Assembly: GCA_002633005.1 (NCBI GenBank)
Contig: NMRA01000507.1
Location: 124,001 to 188,000, forward strand
Direction of reading: 5' to 3'
Length of the DNA stretch: 64,000 nucleotides
DNA from: Phoronis australis
Taxonomy: Eukaryota > Animalia > Phoronida
Shown: positions 23,690 to 36,399 of the stretch, piece by piece
Layout: each line of letters begins with the position of its first letter
Position numbering within the stretch: the first letter of the stretch is position 1
Program-made: the position numbers and the translations under genes
The notes under the pieces: generated by a model
What the model was told of the DNA's origin: nothing
Database searches by the model: none
What the model saw: the letters and a program-made list of their open reading frames with translations, nothing else

Positions 23690-24153
23690 ATGGATGGAAG
23701 TCGGCAGTCACTGAGTGAAAACAGTGAACAGGTTGACACTAGATCACCTGTTTGTTCTACACACAAGACGTACAATAGCGAGTTTGGATCAAACAGAAAA
23801 GCCGACGAGACACCATTCAGCCCGGGGACCGTGATATCCCCGGGTTCCCATGAAACAAACATCCTAGCCTACGACGCTATGGGAAGGACTGAAAACATTA
23901 ACGCTGACGCAAAAAAAGATACCGAATCCCCAGGTAACACGAGCTGTGCCCGAGAGACGGAAGGGCACGGTGTTGTAGTAGTTAGCGGAAGGGAGGAGGA
24001 AGATAAATTTAGCCTGACGGGCAGTGAAGACATAGACTTTGAAGAGTACGGGAAGAGGAAACAGAGAAGATATCGAACGACTTTCACTAGTTATCAGTTG
24101 GAAGAGTTGGAGAGGGCCTTTCATAAGACGCACTACCCTGACGTTTTCACAAG
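23690..24153 (+). CDS. Arx: Aristaless/Arx homeobox protein, coding exon 1 (N-terminus and homeodomain helices 1-2)
   Basis: ATG at 23690 with an in-frame upstream stop at 23672. It encodes [33 protein letters not shown](R), nearly identical to the ARX/Aristaless homeodomain. Phase-2 donor ag|gtaaac at 24154. Confidence 0.95.
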
Positions 24154-24958
24154 GTAAACTTAATCTCCGTCTTGTATGTTGATCCATGCGATCTACACCG
24201 TGAGGGAATAAATGTTGTGAGATTGTAAAAACGCTCCAGATTAGCCACGGAGACGGGTTTTGAAGTGGCATTCACGTGGCAGAGAGTATGCAGCACCTTA
24301 TCACTGCATTAAAAGGGGGTGAAATAATACAACACAAGTATACAGTCCTCCACTGAGCTTCACATGTAAGCGATTTTCGAAACTACAATTTTCGGTTCTC
24401 TACACGTGTACGCAGGTTATTCAATCGAAGCTGTTATTAACTTTGATTTAGACAACTTAGGACCCCACCCTGAAGCTCATCTCAACTTATTCCTCACTAA
24501 GATTAGAAGTGGTTCCTGAGCTTGGTGACTGTTCGTTTAAGATCATGCTCGGTGCATAAAATGACCCGCCGTGACAAATCATTTTGCAAGGTCTCAAGCA
24601 ATAACCCGCACTCAGCTCTTTATTAAGTCCAAAAATCACCTCTCTTTTTACTGGGGAACAATTGATAAATGCTGACGAAAGGGGGTTTATGTTGCTTTTT
24701 TAAAGTGGCCCAGTCGGAGAGAAAAGTGTATTTTAGATTAGACCCAAGACAACCTCGATCAGGGATCTCAGTCCGACGCTTTGTTAGCTTAACTAAACCC
24801 CACTCAGTTAATAGCAGAGCATTTCTAACCTACTTAACTTATAGAATCACCAGATTCGGTGACTGGCAGCCAACAGGGAGAGTTGATGATTTGTAGCTCT
24901 TGTCAAAGTTAACAACTTCAAAAAGTGTATCCCACTCAACAACAAGCCCAAAAATCCG

Positions 24959-25110
24959 CCTCCCGTTCAGTAATGCTAGGACCGATCGCTAAAAAGCATG
25001 ACTTCGCGAGATAACGTGAGACATTGCCGTGTATTTTAAATGAGAAAACGTGACTTTGGCTAGATTTTATCTAGGTTTTAGCGTAAGTCCTAGCTTTACT
25101 GAACGTACGC
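24959..25110. mobile_element. ~150 bp MITE family B (GTTCAGTA...TACTGAAC TIR core, CWG-like 3 bp TSD), copy in intron 1
   Basis: ccg|cctcccgttcagta ... tactgaacgtacgc|ctg. The internal sequence is shared with copies at 41660, 53957, 61776 and 63620. Confidence 0.85.
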
Positions 25111-25535
25111 CTGTTTTAGGCCCTAAACCTCGGCAGCGTGCCCCTTAAGTGACATGGGAGTACCAGCACCGAAAACGCAAATGTTTTGAACAACGTATAA
25201 CACTCGAATAAACTTGATTGTTGAGCAAATTGAATTATAACTATGCTCAAGTTAATGAACTTCATAAACTGATTGCCATATACAGGTGTTTTTGCTGCAT
25301 CCTTGCCGTCCCCCCATTGGTTGATACAGTGCGCACCGCGCGCAGCCCGCATGTGTGTGTCGTTTCTTTAAACTAAACAGCACCTCAGGTAAATTAAGGA
25401 GTAATAAATCAAAACCACATTGTCTATTACAAATCTGAATATGTCTTGCAAGGGTAATTACATCGTGGATGTAGGCCTGTATTTGTATAATGTAGCGGTT
25501 AGCACTTAAATCTAGATTTGCAGGTTCTTAACATT

Positions 25536-25720
25536 TAAAGGGACACTGTCGGGTTTATGGAAAAGACGCATTTTCATTCCTGTTGGATGCGATAGACATC
25601 TTGAAATTATTGGCTTTGACCAGAGCTACAAAACAACAAAATCCTTTGTTTTTGTGATTTTATTACAAATCGCCAATTCTCGTCGCTGGGTGCTAGGCAT
25701 TCGCTGAAATCAAAGCCGAT
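25536..25720. mobile_element. DNA-transposon fragment starting TTAAAGGGACACT (Kolobok-like end), homologous to ~32460-32570
   Basis: Both loci share gctttgaccaga-ctaca-aacaacaaaa ... tgtttttgtgattttatt ... cattcgctgaa. The right end was not found. Confidence 0.5.
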
Positions 25721-26403
25721 GACTTTGCCATTTAAATACGTTCAAAATACTGCCATTTGTCGAGTGGAGATTTAGCTCCGCCTACAAAGCGCCCGAACCG
25801 CGGGGATTGCAGGCTCCAATCCGTGCTAACCTCAGAAAATCACATTTCTCGGCACATAACGTGAAATAAGAGTAAATATCTCAGTGAATATCAATGAAGT
25901 GAATTTGAAGGGAGGCTTTCTTGACATGACAATTGCGAAATATGTCAGAAGAGGGATTCAATTTATTTCATAAAGATTCACTTTCAGGCTAGGTCATGAT
26001 TGCAAGTGACAGACCACGTTGAAAGTACAGGATCAGATTATTATTGATGGTGGTGATTGACACTTGAAAACTGTCGCGTTTTGGCAGTCCGGTTATTCTT
26101 TGCCTTTTGAGGAACATCAGATTTAAGATATAGGAACAGCTGCGCGAGAAAATGTCGGCGAACTATTGCAGATATGAATCCGTCAATTAGATTCAAGTTC
26201 AGGACAAAGGATACCCACTCTTAATGTTACGATATGTCAAAAAGCAGAGTTGATACTGGTTTGCGTTGCTATGAAAATTGAGGCTGGGATTCTGTATTTT
26301 TTAGTTGCTTTTCTGTTCACCTGACAAATCTAGAGTGATGCCGCAATGTTTGTCGTCCAATCCACTCATACCAACTTCAGTGACATAGCCACGTGATTAG
26401 CTG

Positions 26404-26506
26404 TACTGGCGTCGACGGGGAGTGGGGAGGGTGACACGGTTGGGTGGTCGACCGGGAAGTGGCTCATGTTTTCTTCCCAACAAAAGAAAGCCTTCCTACG
26501 CCACTG
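26404..26506. mobile_element. Small degenerate hAT-like MITE (CAGTGGCGTAG-type termini)
   Basis: tactggcgtcg ... ctacgccactg with a G-rich interior. Confidence 0.45.
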
Positions 26507-27370
26507 ATTCGTTATCATTTAAAGCAGTGATAACAACAGAGCTGGCAATCCATTACGCTAAAATTTAAGTTTAGAATCTTGAAAACGAAGGATATCTATG
26601 CGCCTGTGTGCTTTGTCTTTTATGCAGGTTCAAAAGTGAGTCGGTCGCAGAACAGAGCAAAATATACTTTTTGCTCTTGACGAGATCCTTGTGAACTATT
26701 CACTATTGGCGAATGTAGTCTGTAAAGACGATGCTAAATCATGCGCGCACCAACCCTAAAAATGTGAACTCCAGTTTTTACCTCGGTTTCTACTTCTTTT
26801 TCCGGAGTTTTTATTTGTCCGAGGCGGATCTTTTTGCCCACCGCGCGAAATTGGGGGTGGGGCATTCAGTTTTGTTTTTACAGTCGTCACAACACCGATT
26901 CCCTAAAAACAAAAGTGAGTCGTGCGTCACAAGCCTACATTAAACACGAACCAGAAAAAGTTAGTGACAACCTTTTGGACGAGTGAAATCACTCCATCAT
27001 TGGGAGTTTCCGACGAGTATAAAAACGACGAACTCAGACCTCTTTGACAGCTCTTAGATGAATGCATTTCGACAGATACGCTATTGAATAAGGCAGAGTC
27101 GGTCATTTCCCGATGACACCACTGCTTTCTTCTTGTGACGTAATGAGGGATCACGCATACTTTAAGTAGAGTTAAAGAATGACGCAATCAAAGTTTTACT
27201 AAATAATAAGCTTCAACATTTTGCAACATTACATTGTAATCGACGAACGTACAGATACTGACTGTTAGGCCTAGTAGATGAAATGACTCATACGTGACGT
27301 GCGTGACAGTGTACGCTAACAAACCGTTAAATCCGATGTATTACTAAATTTCGCGTTTCCTCAATTTCAG

Positions 27371-27416
27371 GGAAGAATTGGCGATGCGAATTGACCTCAC
27401 GGAAGCCAGAGTGCAG
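27371..27416 (+). CDS. Arx: Aristaless/Arx coding exon 2 (46 nt; (R)EELAMRIDLTEARVQ)
   Basis: Acceptor tttcctcaatttcag and donor cag|gtaaac. It completes the split Arg codon and supplies exactly the missing middle of the homeodomain. It is too short to appear in the ORF track. Confidence 0.96.
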
Positions 27417-28875
27417 GTAAACAATCAAGCTTAATTCATGCTAAGGGTATAAAAAACTCACCTCTGTCAAAACATCAAAATTACTTCTTCCACAAATTCT
27501 TTTTTTTCTGGTACACGTCCTTTTGTACAATCAGCTCTGCAATCGACAGCTGTGCAGTCGCCGCTTTTGCGAATAAAGAGTGCGTTTCTATTGTTGAGAT
27601 GTTCATCTTTTAACAGTAACATATTTTATTAAACATTGAATTTGTGTTCTTGTTAAGAACATGGGGGTATTCTATACAAGCAAAACATTTCACATTCCTG
27701 GGAATTCAGGGTCTTACGTAACCACTGTGTCTAAAGTCACACCAATGCGAAATTGAAGAAATGTAATTTTTCAACAGTGCGCAGTACAATTAAATGTTAG
27801 CTGCCGCTCAGTTGCAGGTTAATTGATTGGCCTGCATATCATACATTATCAAGGACGTACATGTGTACATACTAGTCCCGTGGAAATAAAAAGGTTGGCA
27901 TACAGCTCGGTATCAAACGCACAAACTCTTGGAAGCTGGGGGTTGTGTTTTGCAGAGCAAGGTTCTTGCAAGAAAGCTGAGATCCCGCAAGTCTGGTTAA
28001 GGTTTCGCCATGCATGACCAGCAATGCACGCGAACACGCTAGCTTTACTTGTTAGTGTCTTGCGTGTACGGAAAACGTGCCGAGACTTGAGGAGTCCTTC
28101 CACGTGAGCGATTATATCAAAACCAACACTTGTATCAAATACGGAATAAATGTTAAGTTGATATTTTGGCCATCCTGCAACATTGACTTTTATTGTCACT
28201 TTTCTCACAGTTGTTCTTTTCTGTTGAAATCCGGTATTCTACCCCTCAACGCGTCGACCACAGTCGTAATGCGTTATTGCCGTAATAATAAGTACACTTC
28301 GATACTTGAGAACGTATTGAATTCAATCAATTAATTCTCTGGCATTTTCTTGATTGTTTGCAAAAAGAAGTATTGTCAACAAACATGAGACTACTGTCCA
28401 CAGACAATATTAATGGGGTGATTTAATTAATGATCATTTACAATGATTCAATTAATCGCTGGATTACGATTACCGCGTGATATTAGCGAGATGAGAAAGT
28501 AAATTTAGTAAGTAAATAAACTGTGAGGATACTGCAGGTTGGTTTGAACGGAAGTATCGCCACTTCTCGTGGCATCGTTTTTGTTTGTCTATCTAATCGA
28601 TTTCATTTGAAAGCAGTAAAAAACGTCTCTGTGAGAACGTAAGGTCTGGCGCGTTCAGATGTTGGTTTAAGGATGCGTCACGAGTGACAGGGCTCTAATA
28701 GGATCAGAAATTAAAAGCCTACCCAGTTAGCAACTATTTTGATGGATTAGACCAGTTTGTTTTAATCGTAATCTTGGCAATGAAGACTCACAAATCTATA
28801 TCCCATTTTCTCCACCATTCTTCAATACGTTCATTCATACGTATTTACAAAATGTTCCTAAAGTTACTGAACTTG

Positions 28876-29732
28876 CAATGTAATACCACAAATTGTCGCG
28901 ATTGTCGAAACTGTCGCAACCCTCAAATTGTCACTTTGTGTAGACATTCGAAGAACAAATTGTCGTCATTCCTTCGTGACACTTTATGTCAAGTCTCATA
29001 AACTGTCGTAACCGTCACATTGTGACAGTTTATGCAAACCTTTGAAGCACAAATTGTCTCAATATAATCAAACCGTAATTGGGTGTAGTGGCGGTTGATA
29101 CAAGTCGTAGTAATATTTTGGGGATAGAGGAGGGTGTGTGTGAATAGTTCTCCCCATACCAAAACAGCTGACGACCGGAGAAGTGGAGAAACTCACTGCA
29201 ACCGAAATGTCAAGAAAGCTTTCCTTTGCAAGCCACGAGAGCGAACAAAATAATATCGTAGGCAATTCAAAGGTAGCGACGGCAAACAAGGTAACTTTGG
29301 TGCCAGACTATGGTTTTCAGAGTGATAGAATGACGAGGTTCGTAGAAACTGCAATGATAGCTTGGATGAGTTCAATATAAAGACGTGGAAGCGGCACTCG
29401 GTTTAAAAACAAATAGACGTTGACACTTCAAGCCTGGCAGATAGGATATAAACGATTGTTGTAAGATCGTCCGCCAGACGAGTGACATCGCCGATAGTTT
29501 TTCTCATGCAGCTCAAAATCGTTTTTACTTCGTTTGCATGCAGGTTACTACAGTTTTTGATTCGAAGAGCTGTGCAAACCGTTGAAATTTGAAGACAGTT
29601 TGTACAGCTCCAGAAACCATAAACGGTCGCAACGAAAAATAACGACAGTTCGTGCTTTGAAAGTCAGCACAAATCGCTGCAATTTGAGGATTGCGACAAT
29701 TTTTGCAATTGCGACAATTTGGTTTAGCAGTG
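28876..29732. mobile_element. Foldback-type element with long (~180 bp) degenerate inverted arms built of TTGTCGCA-like subrepeats; CACTG-like termini (CMC/EnSpm-like)
   Basis: 28885-29060 (caaattgtcgcgattgtcgaaactgtcgcaaccctcaaattg) is the inverted homologue of 29550-29732 (caatttgaggattgcgacaatttttgcaattgcgacaatttg ... cagtg). Confidence 0.75.
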
Positions 29733-32700
29733 CTACCGAAAAATAGCAATTGTTTGCTTAAAGAACATCTGTGATGTCAATGCGTTGATTTCGATGGGAC
29801 AACACAAAAATGTGACCACGGGCGCGCTGTTGTACAGCCCTTAATGTATCGTCTTGAGAACTGGGTAAAGTAACAACACAATGCACGTACTCACAAATGA
29901 CTTCGAAACTTTACTTTTGTCGTCTCAATATTGACAATGGGGGTTTGCGTCCGGAAATTTAATTTGGCGTGTTAAAATTCTTTTCTCTTTGAACAAGACA
30001 GTAAACTCTTTACTTAAAATGTTGACGTTTGAAGTTCTACGAAGTTGCATTGGTGAACTATTTAGGGAATACCGCCATAGTCGTGTTGGCTCTTAGGTTG
30101 GTTTGCGTCGACACACTTCTGAAAATCCGAATACGTTTAATTAAGGTTATGTAAAATCCTATAAAAATGTCCAAATTTGGCTAACTTCGCCACATCATAT
30201 TTCCGAAATAAATTTTGACACTAATGCAAAACTTTCAGATACTATACAATTATTGAGTTTCACCGAGTGATATTTTTTTTCCAAAAAGCACCTCGTCACT
30301 CATGCTAAGTTTAATTACGCCGGAACCATTTCATAACCTATATTTTTTCACTGCTCTCCAACACGTTGTTTGAGGAACTGTTTATAAAATGAAGCTTTTT
30401 TTCATGAGGAGCTATCAGAAATAAGATTATTTATGACTTGCGTGAAAAAAATGAAAAGCTGCATAAACGAAAGCGAAATAAAAATTTAGAAAACTGCATT
30501 TTGAGATCTTATCTTGAAAACTTATATCAAATAAAGTTGGATCAATGTTATTGGTACCGTTAGTTTGTTATCAATGTACCTTTCTTGTTTGCTTAATTTT
30601 ACTAAACATACGTGATCACGTGACCCTATTAATGATAGATTGTTAAAAATAAAAAATTAAACTCTACAGGCTTTCCACCTTCATATAATGCATGCTTTTA
30701 CTGAGCTGAAATCTAAAGCTTTGAAGATATTTGACTAAATACATGTAGAAAAGGTCCTACAAAACTTTAAAATAATCATAGAACGCGAAATCTCGTAAAC
30801 ACACCTTTTAAACAGATCGTGGCGAATCGGCTTCTTAATGTTGCTAACATGAGAGTCATTCACATTGAATATTGCCAAAATGTCTAGAAAAAAATCGTCA
30901 GATTCAGCATTTTTGAAACACAGACGAATTAAAAACTCTTTCATCTCAGCACAGTTTTCAAATTCTAAAAATATGTTTGCGCGCATGCAGTCAAAGAAAT
31001 TGGACTGGCTGCTGCAGGAAATCGCCATTGTTTTGTTTACCTCAAAGGTATATGATTATGTCTTGCTATACTAAGTATACAGACGTGCTTTGCCGTGTGG
31101 AGAATAGAATCGACGAAGCGACGAGCAGTTGACTGATCGCTATGTTGAAATTTGAAACAAATGGAAAACGGTTTGACGTGAAAAGAAAATCAAAATCTTT
31201 ACGAATAAACCTTAGAAATAGCAGGTGAACAGTTTGACGTATGTTTCAGTGGCAGAGAACCACTTTGAATAATGCAATATAGTCTATTTTTCACGTTCTA
31301 TGCCACTAACTACAGTACTCGGATCTAACACCAAATGCTTCGTGCAAGAGGACGATGCGTAAGAGTCTAAAATAAAAGAACCGTATTTTACGACACAGGA
31401 GTAAAGCTCCAGTTTCATTAGTTAATTAGTTTATCACACAAAAGTACGCGTGCACAGGTGATTAAAGAATTAATTACTTGAATTAACATATAATTATTGA
31501 TTAATTTAATTGAGTGGAGCAGTAATACAGCTTCATAATATAATCGTGTGATCAACATACGGAACGGTCCACTGCCGACTCCACTGAGAGTCGCCGGAGT
31601 TCACTGAACCGTGCAAAGAACACACAGAAATATCATTTGCAATTTGTATTATTGCAAACGCATAAACGGCAAAATTCAATCTAGGGACTCGTATTAGGAC
31701 AGAACTGTTTGGAGATTGATTAGATAGCACATGCACCCGGAAACACGACTGTACTTTTGTACGGAAATAATATTACCCGGATGATGTTTTGTTAACGATG
31801 TGGCGGTCTTATCTTGCTTTTTTATTGGCATTAATCAAACTGGCTTATGAATAAACGTTTTCAAAAAGTGTGATTATGGAGCAAAGTAACTAAGTAATTC
31901 TGTGAAATGCGTGATGGTTGCAGCGTTTTTATTCAGAAACGAGAGGTCAAGGTCAAAACCAGTACACGACAGTTGCGATCTTCAGAACGATTTTTATTCG
32001 CTCAAGCGCTGCTTTCATACACGTGCGCATGCGCATCAAATATAAAATAAATCGGTAGTCTCTGAGAAACGTGACACTTTTGGCATGATCGATTTGTAGG
32101 AATCTATTTCTGCCGGGGCTCATTTAGGTTCTGTCAAACGACGTACGCATTATCCATTGACAATTGTGTGCATGGAGATGGATACATCCATCTTCCACTT
32201 TCTATGATGGGATGAATGCTCACATGACATCCGATCAAAAAGTCCAATAACGTATTTTCAAGTACACCACTTTGGTCTCTGTAAGCCGCAATGTTTAGCC
32301 TAGAATTCCGTGACCAGAATTCTTTCTTGTCGATCTTCTTATCTTCTACCGCTTCTCCAGCGAGTTATAACGAAAACGAGAGCTAAAGGAACACATTCGG
32401 TTTTAGGGCTAACAAACGTATTTTGTGATTATTGTTGGGTGAGATGTACTCCATAAGGCAATTAGCTTTGACCAGACCTACAGAACAACAAAAGCTGGTG
32501 TGTTTTTGTGATTTTATTGCATACAGCAAATTCTTTTTGTTGCGCGGCGTAATGGTCATTCGCTGAAGCCGGTGATTAAATTAGTTAAAAACTTGCCAAG
32601 TGTGTTTGACCACGCTAACAACGCGACTACCACCGTTGGATTTATCAGTTGGGGTTGATCTAAGCAGCCCAATTTTCTCACCGATTGTGTCACTTTTAAT

Positions 32701-34807
32701 CAATTGGTCACTACTATATACGGGTTTCAAAAAACAATTAATTCATTCTTCCGAAAACATAATTTTTTAACTAAATTTATAGTTGGGTTAGCAACCTGTG
32801 TAGGAAACTCAACTCAAAATGGTTTTCAAATATAGATTGAGACCAAGGACGCGTTCCGTAAATGCAAGACACACACAAAAACTGCAACGCGCTTTGTTTA
32901 TTATTTAAGCCAAATCTCACGAAGACTTGAGTGATTCCGATTCTTTCTTGCAAGAAATGTCCTCTTTAGCATGCAGCCCACGTTTACAATGAGTGCCTTT
33001 GTCATCGGCAAACAATTACTATGTAAAGTAGTTCCCAGATTTGTCAAGCGGCCCCTATCGCCACCGGAAGAGTAAAATAAACACTTGCTATTTTCGTGTT
33101 TATCCACGAAGAAACATGAAGCATTAAATTCAGTCAGCCCACAGTCTACCTTGTGTCGTGTTTTCTTTATGAACGGCTGTTGACACTGGCTCAGACGTAT
33201 AATTAGTAAATAATTACTTTTAATTACCGCCTGAAAACATTATTTGCCCTTTCTGTGACTTATGAAAACAATTTTATGTAGCTTAGCAAAACTTTCCCAA
33301 AAAGGAAAGGTAGCGCGCGTCAACACTTTGTTTGCCCACCTTTATAATCCAATTTCTGCCTAGTTTGTTCACCGTCGAGCTTTTAGAATTCCTTTACAGT
33401 AAATCGGCTTTTCTCATGAAAATACATCGGCCGGCCCTATTGATCAATTTAAAGGAATTATTTGATGAGACATGATCAATTTTCACGGATAATGGTAAAA
33501 GTTCTACCTATTATTCGTGTCTATATCATGTATAACATTTTAACTTCATTCTGTGACTGTTGACACTGTGTTACGCCGGTGTAAATATAGGCTGTATGCA
33601 CACAACGTAAGTCTTTCAGATACTCCTGAGCGCAAAAACTGTTCGAAATCGGCATTGGTTTCGGACTTTTAGCTTCAAATTTAATGTTTTTGAAATAATA
33701 TAACAGCGTTGACAGTATAATGTCGGCTCGTTGATTACAACAAAAGCGATTTATTAATGAAAAAATATTGAATAAAATGTGTAGAATTATCAAAAAAATA
33801 ACCATTGTCGAAGAGTGAGCCTTTGTTCTATACAAAAACTTACTTTAGGGCTGGTTTTATCTCTGGTCAAGATAAAAATAAGTATACCTCCCATAAGTGT
33901 TCCCACGTTGTATTGTGGTATACGATTGTTTTTCAAAGGAATAGCTACATTTTCCGATAACCAATGAAAGACTGGCGTTTACGAGAATTCAAAGACTTTC
34001 ATTGTGAGCTGCTTGCTGTTGAATTATTTCCCTAGCTGCATACTTAACACAATATCGAAGTACCTCAAGCTCGTGTCAAATCTCGTCAAGTGGTAAGACT
34101 TTCTGGCGTTCTTCGAAAACACCAACGTCATTTGGAGAGCGTTTCGTAGACCTAGTTTAACGCGACAAAAGCAATATCTCGGAAGACTTCTTAAAATCAC
34201 GCTTAGCCTAGTGAAAAGCAAGTAGTTCGCGAGTTTATCCGGAAGCTTACTAGTCTGTCTAACAAAATGGTGGCCCCTGAAGTGAAAATATTTTGCTGCT
34301 GCGAGTACAAGCGCATGTCTTGCAGTCTATGGAAGTCAACCCTGTTGCCCAAACCTTTATAAACCAAGAAACCCCTAAAATATGTCGTTCCTTTTGTGTC
34401 GTCAAGCAAAGACCTCACTCTATAATTAATATTAGTAAATCCATTCTTCAAGTCAAAACATGTTTTATAGAACAAAAGATATGGTAACGTCTGGAGTTTC
34501 CAAGAATCACTGCGTTATCGTCATAGTCTAAAACAGCATTTCAGATGATATTATTGAACGTTATTTTCCAGCATGATGTTGCATTGGTATTAATTACTTT
34601 TTGACTAAAACACATTATACAGTATTCCAGATTTCACGTTCACATAGACCTTATATATATCACAACGCAGGCCTTTCTACAACAGTAAATGGTACTCGGG
34701 TTGAAGTCCAGTTTCTTTAGCTTTGCTTACAGGAGTATTGCTTGATAAAATAATAGAAACATATGCGAGTGCTGCTTCATTGACCTGACCTTTCATATTT
34801 TCCTCAG

Positions 34808-35419
34808 GTGTGGTTTCAAAACAGACGCGCAAAATGGAGAAAAAAAGAGAAGGTTGGTCCACAAAGCCATCCCTACGCTCCCTACGCTCCAAACCCGCTA
34901 GCGATGCCCTCCAGGTTGCCGGGATCACCCGTGTACGGCGACATATTTTCAAGGGACGTGTTATTAAAATCGTACGAAAACACGGCCGCAATGGCGGCCC
35001 TGAGTCGCTACACAGCTCTGCAGCAGTTTGGCGCGCAAGGGCTGCATGTGCACCCATCTAGTTTGGCGGCCATGCTACCGCCAGGTTTCAATACAAACCC
35101 GCTGATGCAATCTCATTTCTTCGGAAATTCACCCACAGTGCCAAATTCTGCGTCTTTCACGAGTGTGCCACCCCCTGGCTCGTTTCAGCATTTGTTGGCA
35201 AGTATGTCAAATATGGCCAACATGGCGGCTACGAAGCAGCAGACGAGAGAGCCGACACCGCCCTCTCTCTCGCCTCCCGCGCTTTCGTCACCCCCTAGGG
35301 AGAATGGTGTGGAACCCGATCGGCGGAGCTCCAGCATAGCAGCACTGAGATTAAAAGCGCGTGAACACGAACTGAAACTTGGAATACCCCAAAAGACAAA
35401 TGGTGTTGTATATTCATAG
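34808..35419 (+). CDS. Arx: Aristaless/Arx coding exon 3 (helix 3 VWFQNRRAKWRK, KVGPQSHPY motif, Pro/Ser-rich region, OAR domain RRSSSIAALRLKAREH, stop)
   Basis: Phase-0 acceptor ttcatattttcctcag at the canonical PRD-class Q|VWFQN intron position; Q50; OAR motif; TAG at 35417-35419. Spliced CDS is 464+46+612 = 1122 nt, or 373 aa. Confidence 0.96.
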   Translation: MWFQNRRAKWRKKEKVGPQSHPYAPYAPNPLAMPSRLPGSPVYGDIFSRDVLLKSYENTAAMAALSRYTALQQFGAQGLHVHPSSLAAMLPPGFNTNPLMQSHFFGNSPTVPNSASFTSVPPPGSFQHLLASMSNMANMAATKQQTREPTPPSLSPPALSSPPRENGVEPDRRSSSIAALRLKAREHELKLGIPQKTNGVVYS

Positions 35420-36393
35420 GTATGGTTCAGAATAAAATTGTTGGGCGAAATAAAATGCACCTAGGTTTTTAATTTATTTATTTGGGTAGTATAACTTATG
35501 CTATGGAGGTGTTAAAAGCTCGTGCTTTCTGACAAAAATACCATTTGATTTAGGCCACACAAAACGTGGACACAACGTTACTCATCCGCAGTTACTTAGA
35601 TCATTGAGCTACAATTGTTGTAGCTCAGTGATTAGATTAGCAGGTATTTTTGGGCTTTGGAAGACCTGATACCATTCACGGTGCTGGTCAGGCAACGTAC
35701 ACTGCATCCTGGTCTCAAGAAATAAAGAAGCTAAACAATCAGTTCTAATCTTAACAAGGAATAAATTAAGATCTGCCTTTCATTACCGCAAGAGGCCTAA
35801 ATCAAATGTTTGTTTTTAACAGAAAGTGGGTTTATTCGCACCTGTGAAATCAGGTGTGCAGGAGAGACTGAGATAGGTTGTTTTAAATTATGCTAAATGG
35901 ATTTTTGTTTGTTAGCTACTAGCAGTTGTCCTCATTTTGTGGCTTGCAGAGATTCTCGTTCGTTTACTTGCGACAGATCGCCTTGGGCCGAAACGCTTTT
36001 GGAATTAATTGCTTTATAATCCCAAGCCACACTAGACAATAGACGACATTAATTTGTACTTCTCCATCATGTATTTTTGCTGATCTCAGTAATCGTTTAA
36101 TGGAGCTTACTTTATTGGGTTGATGGTAAGATTTCTGTTCTCAACATTCAACCTTTATTTGTCATTTAAACTAGCGAGGTGTAGATATTGGGAACAGTTC
36201 AGTGTTTAATAACAGAAAGATCCAACGTTCACTTAACGACAAAATTTGCATGCGGGTATATACAGCGACGTATTTGCGCTCTCAGAGTACGATTTACCAA
36301 CACATTCTCTGCCATTAAAATGGTTGGTGAAAAGGTGGACTGTTTCCGGTGAAGTTCATGGTTCAAATTTAACTAGTATGATGGTTAAAGTTC

Positions 36394-36399
36394 AATAAA
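36394..36399 (+). promoter_or_regulatory. Candidate polyadenylation signal for the aristaless/Arx mRNA
   Basis: AATAAA followed by a U/GU-rich tract (tttgatgttcatgtctttgatctt). Other AATAAA sites lie at 35431, 35449, 35721 and 35760. Confidence 0.35.

Noticed and set aside
23653-24271. Antisense ORFs over aristaless exon 1 (and similarly 34677-35460 over exon 3)
   Set aside because: These are shadow ORFs of a real coding exon with no recognisable motifs.
30141-31050. Possible full-length TTAA-flanked element sharing its left end with 2045-2330
   Set aside because: I could not find a matching right TIR or TTAA, so its boundaries are unsupported.
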